This document shows positions 41,599 through 50,727 of a DNA stretch of 64,000 nucleotides, piece by piece. This DNA comes from Geopsychrobacteraceae bacterium. GTDB taxonomy: Bacteria > Desulfobacterota > Desulfuromonadia > Desulfuromonadales > Geopsychrobacteraceae. The stretch is from positions 2,880,001-2,944,000 of the forward strand of contig OY759353.1 in NCBI GenBank assembly GCA_963662315.1. The letters run 5' to 3'. The notes beneath the pieces are model-generated. The model saw nothing but the letters and a program-made list of their open reading frames with translations. It was not told where the DNA came from and did no database searches. The first letter of the stretch is position 1, and each line of letters opens with the position of its first letter. Position numbers and translations under genes: made by a program.

Positions 41599-43296
41599 CC
41601 TGAATCCGTGAGTTAACAAACTTAAAACTGTTTTCGATCTTTGACAATCAGCTGATTTTACAGTGCTTTTCTGCTATTCTTGAATCGCATCGAATTTCAC
41701 CCAAGGAGTTTTGGTTGTGACATTTCCCCGGTTCAAGCTTGAGCAGTCAAAGCAGGAATTTTACACCTCTCAGTCTGGCCTGGCTCTGGTCGGTGTGGCA
41801 TTGAATCGCTATACCTCGCTGGCTTCGCGGGTCGATAAAGCGGCTCCCAAACGGGGAATCGCCACGTCCGATGTCCTGCGCAGCTATCTGGGTCTGCTCT
41901 GTCAGGGTAAAAGCGATTTTGCCGCTATCCATCCTTTTTTTGAGGACGATGAGTTTTTTCGGACCTCGTTGGGGCTAACCAAAACGCCCTCACAGGAAAC
42001 ATTGCGGCAGCGTCTCGATCAGTTCGCCGAGGTCTTGCGGATCATCGTCGACTTCTGTTCGGTGGAGTTTCTCAAGAAAGCCAAGGCACAACTCTCGCCA
42101 TTGTCCACTGGGCATATGCCTCTTGATCTGGATGTTTTCACTCTCGACAACTCGGACACCAAGAAAGAGGGTGTCTCCTACACGTATCGAGGCTTTAACG
42201 GTTACGCCCCTCTTGGTGTCTGGCTGGGACTGGAAGGCTGGTGTTTGGAGATCGAACAGCGTCCCGGTTCCCAGCATGCTCAGGAAGGATTTATCCCTCT
42301 GCTGTTACGGGCCTTGCACAAAGCCCATCAGCTAACCGACGCCCCACTGCTGGTGCGACTGGACAGCGCCCATGATGCCCTGGCGACATTGATCGCCCTG
42401 AAAGAGCAGAAGGCCGACTTCATCATCAAATGGAATCCGCGCAACACCGATGTTCCGATCAAAGCCACGGAAATCTTTGCCCACGGCAAGCTGGTGAAAG
42501 ACACCAAGGACGAACGGATCGCCATCATGACGGAAACGGTTGAACGAACCTACAACGATGGCGAGGGCAAAGACAAAACCATCAAGGTACGTCGTGTTCT
42601 GCGTGCCTCTGAGCGCTGGTTTGATCGAAACGGTCCACTTCTGGTTCCCGATATCGAGATTGAAGGCTGGTGGACCAGTCTCTCCAGCAACAAGGAGACG
42701 ATCATCGAACTCTACAAGGGGCATGCCCTGTGCGAGCAGTATCATTCCGAACTCAAGACCGACCTGGATCTGGAGCGGCTGCCATCGGGCAAGCTTGCGA
42801 CCAACGCTCTGGTGATGAGCTGTGCCGGGCTGGCGTACAATCTGTTGCGGGCCATCGGCCAGGTCGGTCTGATGGACAAAAAACAGGCCCGTCGAGCCAA
42901 ACAGCGTCGGCGCCTCAAAACCGTACTGCAGGATTTGATGTACTTCGCTGCCCGATTTCTTCGTCACGCCCATGGCTTGATGCTGCGATTCAGTTGCCAT
43001 GCGATCAGGCAGGCACAGGCTTTCATCAAGACCTATGAGCATTTTGCCTATGACTAATGTCGAAACGCATCAGTACAGTGCTGAAAAATACCGCGGCCAA
43101 GGACGTGCACAGTCACGCACGTCCTCAATTTACAAAGGAGCAAGACGAACGAAAAAATAATCAGCTGAATTGTCAAAGAACGTAGCTACCTGTGCTCATC
43201 GGAGTAGATCAGGTCAGCTTTGAATCAAAATTGACTGCGAAAATGGGTTCGCAGGCAAAGCGTGAAAGTGCCGACTGGCTACCTCACGGATTCAGG
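41599..43296 (+). mobile_element. IS1380-family insertion sequence, copy 2 (1698 bp)
   Basis: Same IRs; 5-bp target duplication TCACA; one visible substitution versus copy 1 just inside the left IR. Confidence 0.9.
41711..43057 (+). CDS. IS1380-family DDE transposase
   Basis: Protein identical to 38207-39553. Confidence 0.88.
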   Translation: MVVTFPRFKLEQSKQEFYTSQSGLALVGVALNRYTSLASRVDKAAPKRGIATSDVLRSYLGLLCQGKSDFAAIHPFFEDDEFFRTSLGLTKTPSQETLRQRLDQFAEVLRIIVDFCSVEFLKKAKAQLSPLSTGHMPLDLDVFTLDNSDTKKEGVSYTYRGFNGYAPLGVWLGLEGWCLEIEQRPGSQHAQEGFIPLLLRALHKAHQLTDAPLLVRLDSAHDALATLIALKEQKADFIIKWNPRNTDVPIKATEIFAHGKLVKDTKDERIAIMTETVERTYNDGEGKDKTIKVRRVLRASERWFDRNGPLLVPDIEIEGWWTSLSSNKETIIELYKGHALCEQYHSELKTDLDLERLPSGKLATNALVMSCAGLAYNLLRAIGQVGLMDKKQARRAKQRRRLKTVLQDLMYFAARFLRHAHGLMLRFSCHAIRQAQAFIKTYEHFAYD

Positions 43297-44145
43297 TCAC
43301 ATAGAACAAGAACTTTTATCTAATCAAAAGCCAAACAAGTTTAAGTTTGAATTGCCTAATATAAAAGAAATTGAAAACATTGGGAGATTAGATACAAATC
43401 TCTATCGTGAACATTTCAAGAAAATTGTTTTTCAAATTGAGAACTACACAAACGGATTTCAAACCATACAAGAATTAGGTTTCTCGCTTTCACGTGGACA
43501 AAACTTACAAGTATCAAATATTGGCGACAGCGTTTACAGTAAAAAGAAATACAACAAATTCTATACTTTGATGTTGCCTAAGTTTCTTTCAAAATATGGC
43601 ACTGTTGAAAAAGTAGAATATTTGGGAAATCCTAATCCATTAAAGATACTTCAAAAAGGTGACTTAATTTTTGGTGCAGAAGGTTTTGAAAAAGGAAGGT
43701 CAATTGTAATCATTGAAGAACAAGATAGAGTGATTACAAACATTCACGGTATAACAATCCAACAAGAAGAACAAAACGTTAACAAAGCAATCTTTGTAAA
43801 GTGTTGCTTAGATTATTTGAGAAGTAAAGGGCTAATTGACCTTTATGCAGTAGGTGGTAACGGTGGTAGTTTGGCTCAAAAGTATTGGGACATAATTCCA
43901 TTCCCAAAATTTGACAAAACGAAACAAGACGAAATTGCTTTGCTCTACCACAACCCAACAAGCATTTATCAAACAAACACATTCACGTTGGACAACTTTT
44001 TAGAACAAGACAACGGTTTCAATAAAACAGCAGGTATTTACGAGTTGGACAAAACAGCCAAACAATTAAAAGAAATCCTAGACAAAGCAATTGACGACAT
44101 AGCAAACGACAGAGAAGTTGATGTTAATTTCAAATAGGATGCCTA

Positions 44146-44849
44146 ATCGGGTAGCCGGGGGTTTTGCTCCCCCAGCCCCCACACCACCCGGCATGCGGGT
44201 CGCTACCCAAGCGGTTCGATGAAACTACCGGGCCGTAGCCGAGTAATGTCGCTTCACCCACAGGTCTTTGACGGAAACTAAACCCTGATCCTTCAGCCAT
44301 TGGTTGGTCATGCCGGAATGTGCCGCCAGTCTGCGGGACATGACCCATGGACCGTTGCGGTTCAGACCGGCCCGAATAGCGGTAAAACGTTCGGTTCCAA
44401 GAGCTAGCAGCTTCCGAACCTTGATCCGGCACCAGCGCCATTGTTTCCAGTAGCACAGCCGCACTCGCCGACGAATTCAGCCATCGACCTCCGGGATATC
44501 GTGGTAAAGCATTTTTACGGTTCTGGCCATCAGGCGCGCATTGCGCCGTCGGCCGGCTGGTTAGATGCTGGAGGTTCCTTTGGAGAGACGAAGCCCGAGT
44601 ACGGACCCTTTAAAAAAGGGCGTTTTGTGCTTACTATTTGTCGCCCGCTTGGGACAAATAGTAAGACGTCGTGCGGGGCGCAACACCGCGACCGTGCTTG
44701 CTTCATTTTAATCATAAAAGACAACACCGCCGGGTCCCAGCCCGGTGGCCGTTACCAGATGCCGCGCCGGAACAAAAGAAACCGGTAAGCGAGACAGGTC
44801 TCCCCGGATAAGAACGTGATCTGTCACTGTTTGGGCCGCAGTATTTACC
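44146..44849 (-). mobile_element. Second group IIC-attC intron remnant (3' end intact, 5' end missing)
   Basis: Inserted after GCCTA (inverse core complementary to GTTAGGC at 37022); DV/DVI and longer maturase remnant IRRRVRLCYWKQW...; intron-like TAAGAACGTGATCTGTCACTG near 44810. Confidence 0.8.
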
Positions 44850-45015
44850 GGCCCTCTTCGGAGGGTCTTTTCCGTTCCTAATTCAATTGAACAATTTCAG
44901 GAAATATAAGCTTACGAGTTCGTACGGTAAATTCATGAATGACCCATTTCAAATATCAGGATTAAACATTTGAATTTGAAGTTGAGTGCTTAAATTAATG
45001 AATTTCAAATATTGG
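44842..45015 (+). repeat. 174-bp direct repeat, copy 2
   Basis: Matches 35024-35197. Confidence 0.92.
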
Positions 45016-45142
45016 AATTTTTGTTTTGGTAGAGTCTCTATCGACTGACCTGCCGATTTTCACAACTTGCAAATTTCTATTTTGAAAAAGTAGAAGCCCC
45101 CTTATGCGGTTGAGCTAAAAGCTCTGAAGGGGGCTTAAAATA

Positions 45143-45445
45143 TCAAGCAGCAGCATTTTTCAACGCTGCTATCCGTCGGTAGACAGTGGTAACCGAAACG
45201 TTGAATTTTTCTGCAAGTTCTTCTTTGCTCAAAGCCTCATCCTTGATCCAAGAAGCCAGAGATTCTTCTTCGAGTTTGGAGAGCTTTGGTTTCCGGCCGA
45301 ACTTAACTCCGGTAGCCAGCGCCCGCTTGCAACCTTCATTGATTCTTTCCGTAATCAGCTCCCTCTCGAACTCGCCAATGACAGCAAGAACATGAAAGAT
45401 CAATCGCCCAGTTGGCGTAAAAGTATCCAACCTTTTGACCAACAA
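45143..45445 (-). pseudogene. Truncated serine resolvase/invertase (C-terminal arm + HTH)
   Basis: DT.TPTGRLIFHVLA.IGEFERELI.ER..EG...A...G.KFGRKPKL; catalytic N-terminal Y.RVS domain absent. Confidence 0.8.
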
Positions 45446-45551
45446 TCATAATTTACCTCCTTTCTCCCCTGACGGGGTGTTGTTATATTCCACTTGATCA
45501 ATACCGACAAATATTAAATAATAATACTATCGATTTTAAGGAGGTATAGTC

Positions 45552-45794
45552 ATGCCCAAAAATACGAGTGTCACCCTTGGTCCCCACTTTGAAAAATTTA
45601 TCGGTCAGCAGGTTGCTGCCGGGCATTATGGATCAGTTAGTGAGGCGGTTCGCGCCGGACTGCGATTGCTTGAAGAAAAGGAAGCCAGGCTGGCAGTTTT
45701 AAGGAAAGCCCTGGATGAAGGGGAAGCCAGTGGAACAGCAGAGTATTCCCTGGAAGGCTTGATTCAAGAGCTGGATGCTGAAGATCCGAAGTGA
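45552..45794 (+). CDS. parD: ParD-family antitoxin
   Basis: MPKNTSVTLG.HFE.FI..QV..G.Y.S.SEAVRAGLRLLEE. Confidence 0.88.
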   Translation: MPKNTSVTLGPHFEKFIGQQVAAGHYGSVSEAVRAGLRLLEEKEARLAVLRKALDEGEASGTAEYSLEGLIQELDAEDPK

Positions 45795-45855
45795 TGTCCG
45801 CGTTCTCCATGAGAGCATGGATGTCGATACGCAGCTTGGCTCACCAGGCGGTTAA
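45794..45855 (+). pseudogene. parE: parE toxin remnant
   Basis: ATG overlaps the parD stop; shifted frame reads VRVLHESMDV, the ParE C-terminal motif. Confidence 0.6.
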
Positions 45856-45967
45856 ACTGATCTACCTGCCAATTCCGGCGTTATCAAATGTCCTACCGCA
45901 AATTTGGGCTTTAAAAACAGGCTAAAATGATCTGTCTAAAGCGCTTACCTCTGAAATCAAAAACACT

Positions 45968-46246
45968 TTACGAGTCAGTATTTTTCCGGACAAAAGCGAC
46001 CTCAAGACCAAAAGGTTTTCCAATGGCCTGAAGGGTCTTTATCGTTGGATTACCCTTTTCTGTTTCAACATCCTGTAATGAGTCATGACTGATTTTAAGA
46101 ATTTTTTCCGCATAGTCTTTACGATTCATTCCTAGGATTTTGCGCATCAATCTTGACGCATCAGCAATCGTAATAGTTCCAGCATCGATTCTATCAAAAA
46201 GCTCTTTACGCAGTTCTTGAACTTTGTCATGCGAAGGTCTTTTCAT
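45968..46246 (-). CDS. XRE/HTH regulator, probable antitoxin of the adjacent HipA
   Basis: MRKILGM...YA...KIS...L..VE.EKGNPTIKTL..IGKPFGL; overlaps the hipA stop. Confidence 0.8.
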   Translation of the reverse strand: MKRPSHDKVQELRKELFDRIDAGTITIADASRLMRKILGMNRKDYAEKILKISHDSLQDVETEKGNPTIKTLQAIGKPFGLEVAFVRKNTDS

Positions 46247-47493
46247 AACGTGTCCCTCAAATTCACCGCGAGATCATCAATTCTTCTTGCAAGCCGATTT
46301 ATAATATCCAACTCAACACCACAGCGTTGCATGACGTCCGGCAAAGATTTCACTCTTGAAATATCTAACTTTAAATGGTTGCGAACTTCATTAGCTTCAA
46401 GGCCAGAGTACGAGAGGCTTTCAGCTACTTTCCCCCAGTCCGGTAGCTTCATGGGAGTTTCCTGTTCCCATCGTGCCGCTCTTGGTATCCCTTCTGGATC
46501 GAGGAACATCGGTGCAAAATCAAATAGAGGAGATATTGTGGTTTCCCATGGTGTTTTTAAAATTGCTGTATTACGACCATGATTATCAACATTACCCAGA
46601 GCAAGGTTTAATATGTCTCTCCGCAAGAACTCGAGTACTGCAGGTTTTGGATTATCAAGCAGCTTTTTCATAGCTTCACAGATCTGATTATTCGTAATGC
46701 CCGGGCCATATCCACTCCACTTGCAGATCGAGGTGGCAGATTCCAAACCAAATCTGAGCACTTTAGCATTGACGATAGTGCGATCGAAACGTTCGATAAA
46801 TAGAGCATTGTCTCCATAGTGAAGAGCCGGTCCAACCTTCAGGCCAAACTCACGAGCAACTTCATAATAGGGAGCCTCATTTCTTAGAACCATCCGGTCT
46901 TCGCCAGTCCTGCCCCGAGGAAATTTAACAATCCAATGGTTTTGGATGATTTCTTCTGGAAGAGCCCCTTCTGCATGCCAGCGACCCTTAAGATCCTGGA
47001 CAAGCAAAAACTTTGGCGCCTGCCCCTGCACAGAAGATGCGCCGGCAACCATGGCTCCGTTAGCCGCTGCATATTCAATGAAATCAATATTACGCTCAAC
47101 GATTTCATCGCGAGAGAAACCCGGATGTTTTATGATGGGAGTGTGCTCAACAGCCGAAGCAATACGTAAATTACCTGGTGGACAATTCGCGGCAAAACAC
47201 AATAGGGTCCAGTCGGTTTCGCGATCACCCGTTTCAAGCACATTGTGCTTGGCGAGCCAAGCATCTCTTGCTGCTCCTGCAGGAATCAGGTCAAACAAAA
47301 AAGCAGGCCATTCGTTTCTGCTGTATTCTTCAAAGTTGATATCAAAGTTCAGCCCGACTCGTGCCATTGGCATATTGTCATGCATGAACTCAGCGGCATA
47401 ATCGATGTCGTATGCCAGAAAGCGGTCACGACGATAACATGCAGCTGTATACCATTGTCCATTGAAATGAAGCTGTAGCGTAACCTCGTCCAT
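46243..47493 (-). CDS. hipA: HipA-family kinase toxin
   Basis: SVQGQAPK, IERFDR, GNVDNHGRN, SPLFD. Confidence 0.85.
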   Translation of the reverse strand: MDEVTLQLHFNGQWYTAACYRRDRFLAYDIDYAAEFMHDNMPMARVGLNFDINFEEYSRNEWPAFLFDLIPAGAARDAWLAKHNVLETGDRETDWTLLCFAANCPPGNLRIASAVEHTPIIKHPGFSRDEIVERNIDFIEYAAANGAMVAGASSVQGQAPKFLLVQDLKGRWHAEGALPEEIIQNHWIVKFPRGRTGEDRMVLRNEAPYYEVAREFGLKVGPALHYGDNALFIERFDRTIVNAKVLRFGLESATSICKWSGYGPGITNNQICEAMKKLLDNPKPAVLEFLRRDILNLALGNVDNHGRNTAILKTPWETTISPLFDFAPMFLDPEGIPRAARWEQETPMKLPDWGKVAESLSYSGLEANEVRNHLKLDISRVKSLPDVMQRCGVELDIINRLARRIDDLAVNLRDTL

Positions 47494-47516
47494 AGATTAA
47501 TACCCTTCCTATCTAT

Positions 47517-47579
47517 AACATGTTTATAACCCTATAAAAAATACGTGTCTATAGTTTTTGACAGGGTTATAAACATGTT
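47517..47579. promoter_or_regulatory. 17-bp inverted repeat upstream of hipA (putative autoregulatory operator)
   Basis: AACATGTTTATAACCCT-N29-AGGGTTATAAACATGTT. Confidence 0.6.
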
Positions 47580-47711
47580 TTTTTATAAATCATTAGAATC
47601 GATGCTTAATTGATATATTTGCTAAACGAAAGAAAAGATACGAGCTAAGTTTTTTAAGGAAATGAAAAGGAGGAGATCCATCCAGGGTGGAAACCCGGAA
47701 TGAAATCAGTG

Positions 47712-48422
47712 CTACTTGTCGCCGGTTGGTACGATCCTGAATTTCACGATGGAAGCATGTCCTTCAAGAAAGCTGGAAAGCTGCTCAGCACCAGTATTAT
47801 TCAAGGTCCGCAAAGTCATACTGTGCCTTTTTTCATAGTCTTTTCTGTCAAAGAGGTAAGAGAAGTTTGCAATACTGAACCCAGCTTTTTCTACGAGTTC
47901 ACGCAGCTCTTTCTCATCTATGGTCGCATCACGAACTAAATGAACATCAAAATGGTAAAAGGTTTGAGCTGGCATGCGCCTTTCCAGCCAACGGAATGTT
48001 GAGAGAACGCCAACTGTTATAACCACAGCAATGAACATGGGAAAGTAAAAGCCTATTCCTGCCAGGACGCCAATCGCGGAGGTCATCCATATGGAAGCGG
48101 CTGTCGTTAGGCCACGGACGGACAGACCTTCTTTGATGATCACCCCAGCTCCGAGAAAGCCAATACCGGTCATGATCCCTTGAGCCATACGGGTTGGATC
48201 CAGACGGATAATCTCCGGCGCACTCTTCATCCAGTTGAGTTCATAGACGGTAACGAACATGAGCAAACAAGCTGCGGTACAGACCAGAGCATGGGTCCTG
48301 AACCCTGCCGGTCGACCATGGTAGGTTCGCTCGTAGCCAATGGTTCCCCCGGCAAGCATTGCCACGACTAATTTGATGAGGATCTCCAAATCGTTGGAAT
48401 TCAAATTTCTCCCCGTTCTCAT
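47712..48422 (-). CDS. MgtC/SapB family membrane protein
   Basis: IGYER...RPAGFRTH, DPTRMAQGIMTGIGFLGAG, GLTTAASIW. Confidence 0.9.
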   Translation of the reverse strand: MRTGRNLNSNDLEILIKLVVAMLAGGTIGYERTYHGRPAGFRTHALVCTAACLLMFVTVYELNWMKSAPEIIRLDPTRMAQGIMTGIGFLGAGVIIKEGLSVRGLTTAASIWMTSAIGVLAGIGFYFPMFIAVVITVGVLSTFRWLERRMPAQTFYHFDVHLVRDATIDEKELRELVEKAGFSIANFSYLFDRKDYEKRHSMTLRTLNNTGAEQLSSFLEGHASIVKFRIVPTGDK

Positions 48423-48540
48423 AAAATAGTTGAAAGGTAACCACCACGGTCGATCTCTATTGCTTATGCAGATAAATAATTATTTTATCTTAATCAAGAT
48501 CTCCTTAAAGTCAATCACAAAGAGAAGAAGACTCCCGCTG

Positions 48541-49470
48541 TTAAGCTGGACCGATCCCTGACAACAGTGTTTCAACCTCTGCCAGCGTCGGCATAGCACT
48601 CTGGGCACCGGCCTTGGTTACCGCCAAAGCAGCTACTGCATTGGCAGATACGATGGCATCATCAATCTTTTTACCATCCAACAAAGCCTTAGCCAAACCG
48701 GCATTAAAGGAATCACCTGCAGCAACAGTGTCAACAACCTCAACTTTGAATCCTGGGCAGGAGCGGAAACCACTATCATCAAGGAGAAAGGAACCGCGCG
48801 CGCCTGCTTTGATGATTATATTCTTTACTCCCCGCTGATGCAAAACCTTAGCTGCGCGTTCAATTCCGGCATCAGTCGAGGTATCTTCACCGGTCAAAAA
48901 TGCGGCCTCGGTTTCGTTGGGAGTAATAAAATCGATCTGGCGATACAAATCAACCGGGAGATCGCAAGCGGGCGCCGGATCAAGAATCACCGGAACTCCT
49001 TTTGCGCGCGCCAGTTCGGCTGCTAACACCACCGAAGCTAAAGGAATTTCCAGTTGCAGCAACACAACACCGGCGGTTTCGATGCTCTGTCGTTGGTCAC
49101 TGACAACATCAGGGGTCACCTGGTCATTCGCTCCGGCGACAATACAGATGGTGTTCTGCCCTTGGCCATTAACCTGAATCAGCGCTGTTCCGGTCGGAAC
49201 CCCGGGGACAGTCAAAAGATAATCCGGTGGAATCGCCTCGCCTTCAAGAACCTGCCGGTAACGTCCGCCAAAGACATCATCCCCAACGGCACCGACCATA
49301 ACAACATCAGCCCCAAGCCGAGCCAGCGCCACAGCCTGATTGCCCCCCTTGCCGCCCGGCAGCATATCAAAAGCATGCCCACGAATGGTCTCCCCTGGCT
49401 GCGGGAAGTTGTCGACCCTGACAATCAAGTCCATATTCAAACTGCCGATGACACAAAATTTCTGCTTCAT
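48541..49470 (-). CDS. rbsK: Ribokinase
   Basis: GSLNMDL, GGKGGNQAVA, PNETEA, VDTVAAGDSFN. Confidence 0.88.
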   Translation of the reverse strand: MKQKFCVIGSLNMDLIVRVDNFPQPGETIRGHAFDMLPGGKGGNQAVALARLGADVVMVGAVGDDVFGGRYRQVLEGEAIPPDYLLTVPGVPTGTALIQVNGQGQNTICIVAGANDQVTPDVVSDQRQSIETAGVVLLQLEIPLASVVLAAELARAKGVPVILDPAPACDLPVDLYRQIDFITPNETEAAFLTGEDTSTDAGIERAAKVLHQRGVKNIIIKAGARGSFLLDDSGFRSCPGFKVEVVDTVAAGDSFNAGLAKALLDGKKIDDAIVSANAVAALAVTKAGAQSAMPTLAEVETLLSGIGPA

Positions 49471-49591
49471 GAGATATGACTCCATTCAAGAAATTTGTAA
49501 CTGGAACCTGTCTGAGTATACGGATCCTATTGTGTCAGTAATTCAAGCTGTTTGCCAACTTTTTAGCCAAATTCAATCCAGGAAAAAGATC

Positions 49592-50572
49592 TTACTGACG
49601 TATCGCCAGCTCATTATCCTTCAACATCTGCAGATCGTCATCCAGATTACGCCCTGCCGTGGTCAGGTAATTACCGACCATCATGCCACTGGCTCCGGCC
49701 ATGAAAATTGCCGACTGAAAATCGCGCAGATTAACGCCACGACCGCCACACACGGTAATTTTCTTTTCCGGCAGCAGATAGCGATAGAGACAGACAATGC
49801 GCAGGCAATCCATCGGTGTCAGCAGCTGCTGCCCCGCCAGTGGGGTACCTTCTACCGGGTTCAGGAAATTGAGCGGCACCGAGTCCACATCCAGTTCGCG
49901 CAGGGTCACCGCCATTTCATAGCGTTGCTGGCGTGACTCGCCCAGACCGAAAATACCGCCTGAGCAGACGGACATGCCGGACGCCTTGGCTACCCTGACC
50001 GTTTCTACATCCTCTTCGTAATCATGGGTGGTACAGATTTGCGGGAAGAAGGAACGCGCAGTTTCGAGGTTATGGTGATAGGTGCCGCAGCCCGCAGCAT
50101 AAAGAGCCTTGGCACTGTCAGCATCAAGTAATCCGATGGACGCTGATGGCACAACGCGGGTGTCGCGGCGAATATCGCGGATGGCGGCAAGAAGTTCATC
50201 AAACTCGGCACCCGGCTCAATGCGCGTACCACTGGTGACGATACCATAGCACCCGGTGCCGTTTTCCTGCGCTTCCCTGGCTCCTTGGAGAATCTCTTGC
50301 CGCGATTTCAACCCGTAAGTCTGAACAGCGACCTGATGATGACTCGATTGCGCACAAAAACTGCAATTTTCAGCACACATACCCGATTTGGCATTGATGA
50401 TGGAACATAGATCGACACGTTCGCCCAGATATTTTTCCTTCAGCTGCTGAGCCCCTGCCATAAATGCCGTCAGCATCGAGCCGCGGGCTGTAAGAATCTG
50501 CATGGCCTCATCACAGGAAAGAAGTTTTCCGGAGCGAACCAGTTCGACAAATATTTCGGCTATTTTCAGCAT
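49592..50572 (-). CDS. bioB: Biotin synthase
   Basis: CAENCSFCAQS, HHNLET, VPLNFL.P, GNYLTT. Confidence 0.95.
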   Translation of the reverse strand: MLKIAEIFVELVRSGKLLSCDEAMQILTARGSMLTAFMAGAQQLKEKYLGERVDLCSIINAKSGMCAENCSFCAQSSHHQVAVQTYGLKSRQEILQGAREAQENGTGCYGIVTSGTRIEPGAEFDELLAAIRDIRRDTRVVPSASIGLLDADSAKALYAAGCGTYHHNLETARSFFPQICTTHDYEEDVETVRVAKASGMSVCSGGIFGLGESRQQRYEMAVTLRELDVDSVPLNFLNPVEGTPLAGQQLLTPMDCLRIVCLYRYLLPEKKITVCGGRGVNLRDFQSAIFMAGASGMMVGNYLTTAGRNLDDDLQMLKDNELAIRQ

Positions 50573-50624
50573 AGTTAGAGACTCCTTTTTGAAAGTTAAG
50601 CGGCAGGGTAGGCCATTCAGAGCA

Positions 50625-50660
50625 CCTTGTCAACCTGTTATAATTTTACGGTTGACAAGG
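50625..50660. promoter_or_regulatory. BirA operator
   Basis: CCTTGTCAACC-N14-GGTTGACAAGG palindrome between divergent bioB and bioA. Confidence 0.85.
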
Positions 50661-50727
50661 CGGTTTTTCCTGTGCGACTGTCGCATCACGTATCGTAAAC
50701 CATACCAAAGAAGCCGGTTAACTAACC

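Larger units (their letters stand above)
40932..44137 (+). pseudogene. Restriction-modification specificity (S-like) subunit, interrupted by IS
   Basis: Two TRD-like halves (LKQGDLIISKD, LQKGDLIFGAEG); removing the IS and one TCACA restores LNHIEQE in frame. Confidence 0.72.

Noticed and set aside
38095..43296. Composite transposon that brought in the methylase
   Set aside because: Each IS has its own target duplication and the flanks rejoin in frame, so they are independent insertions
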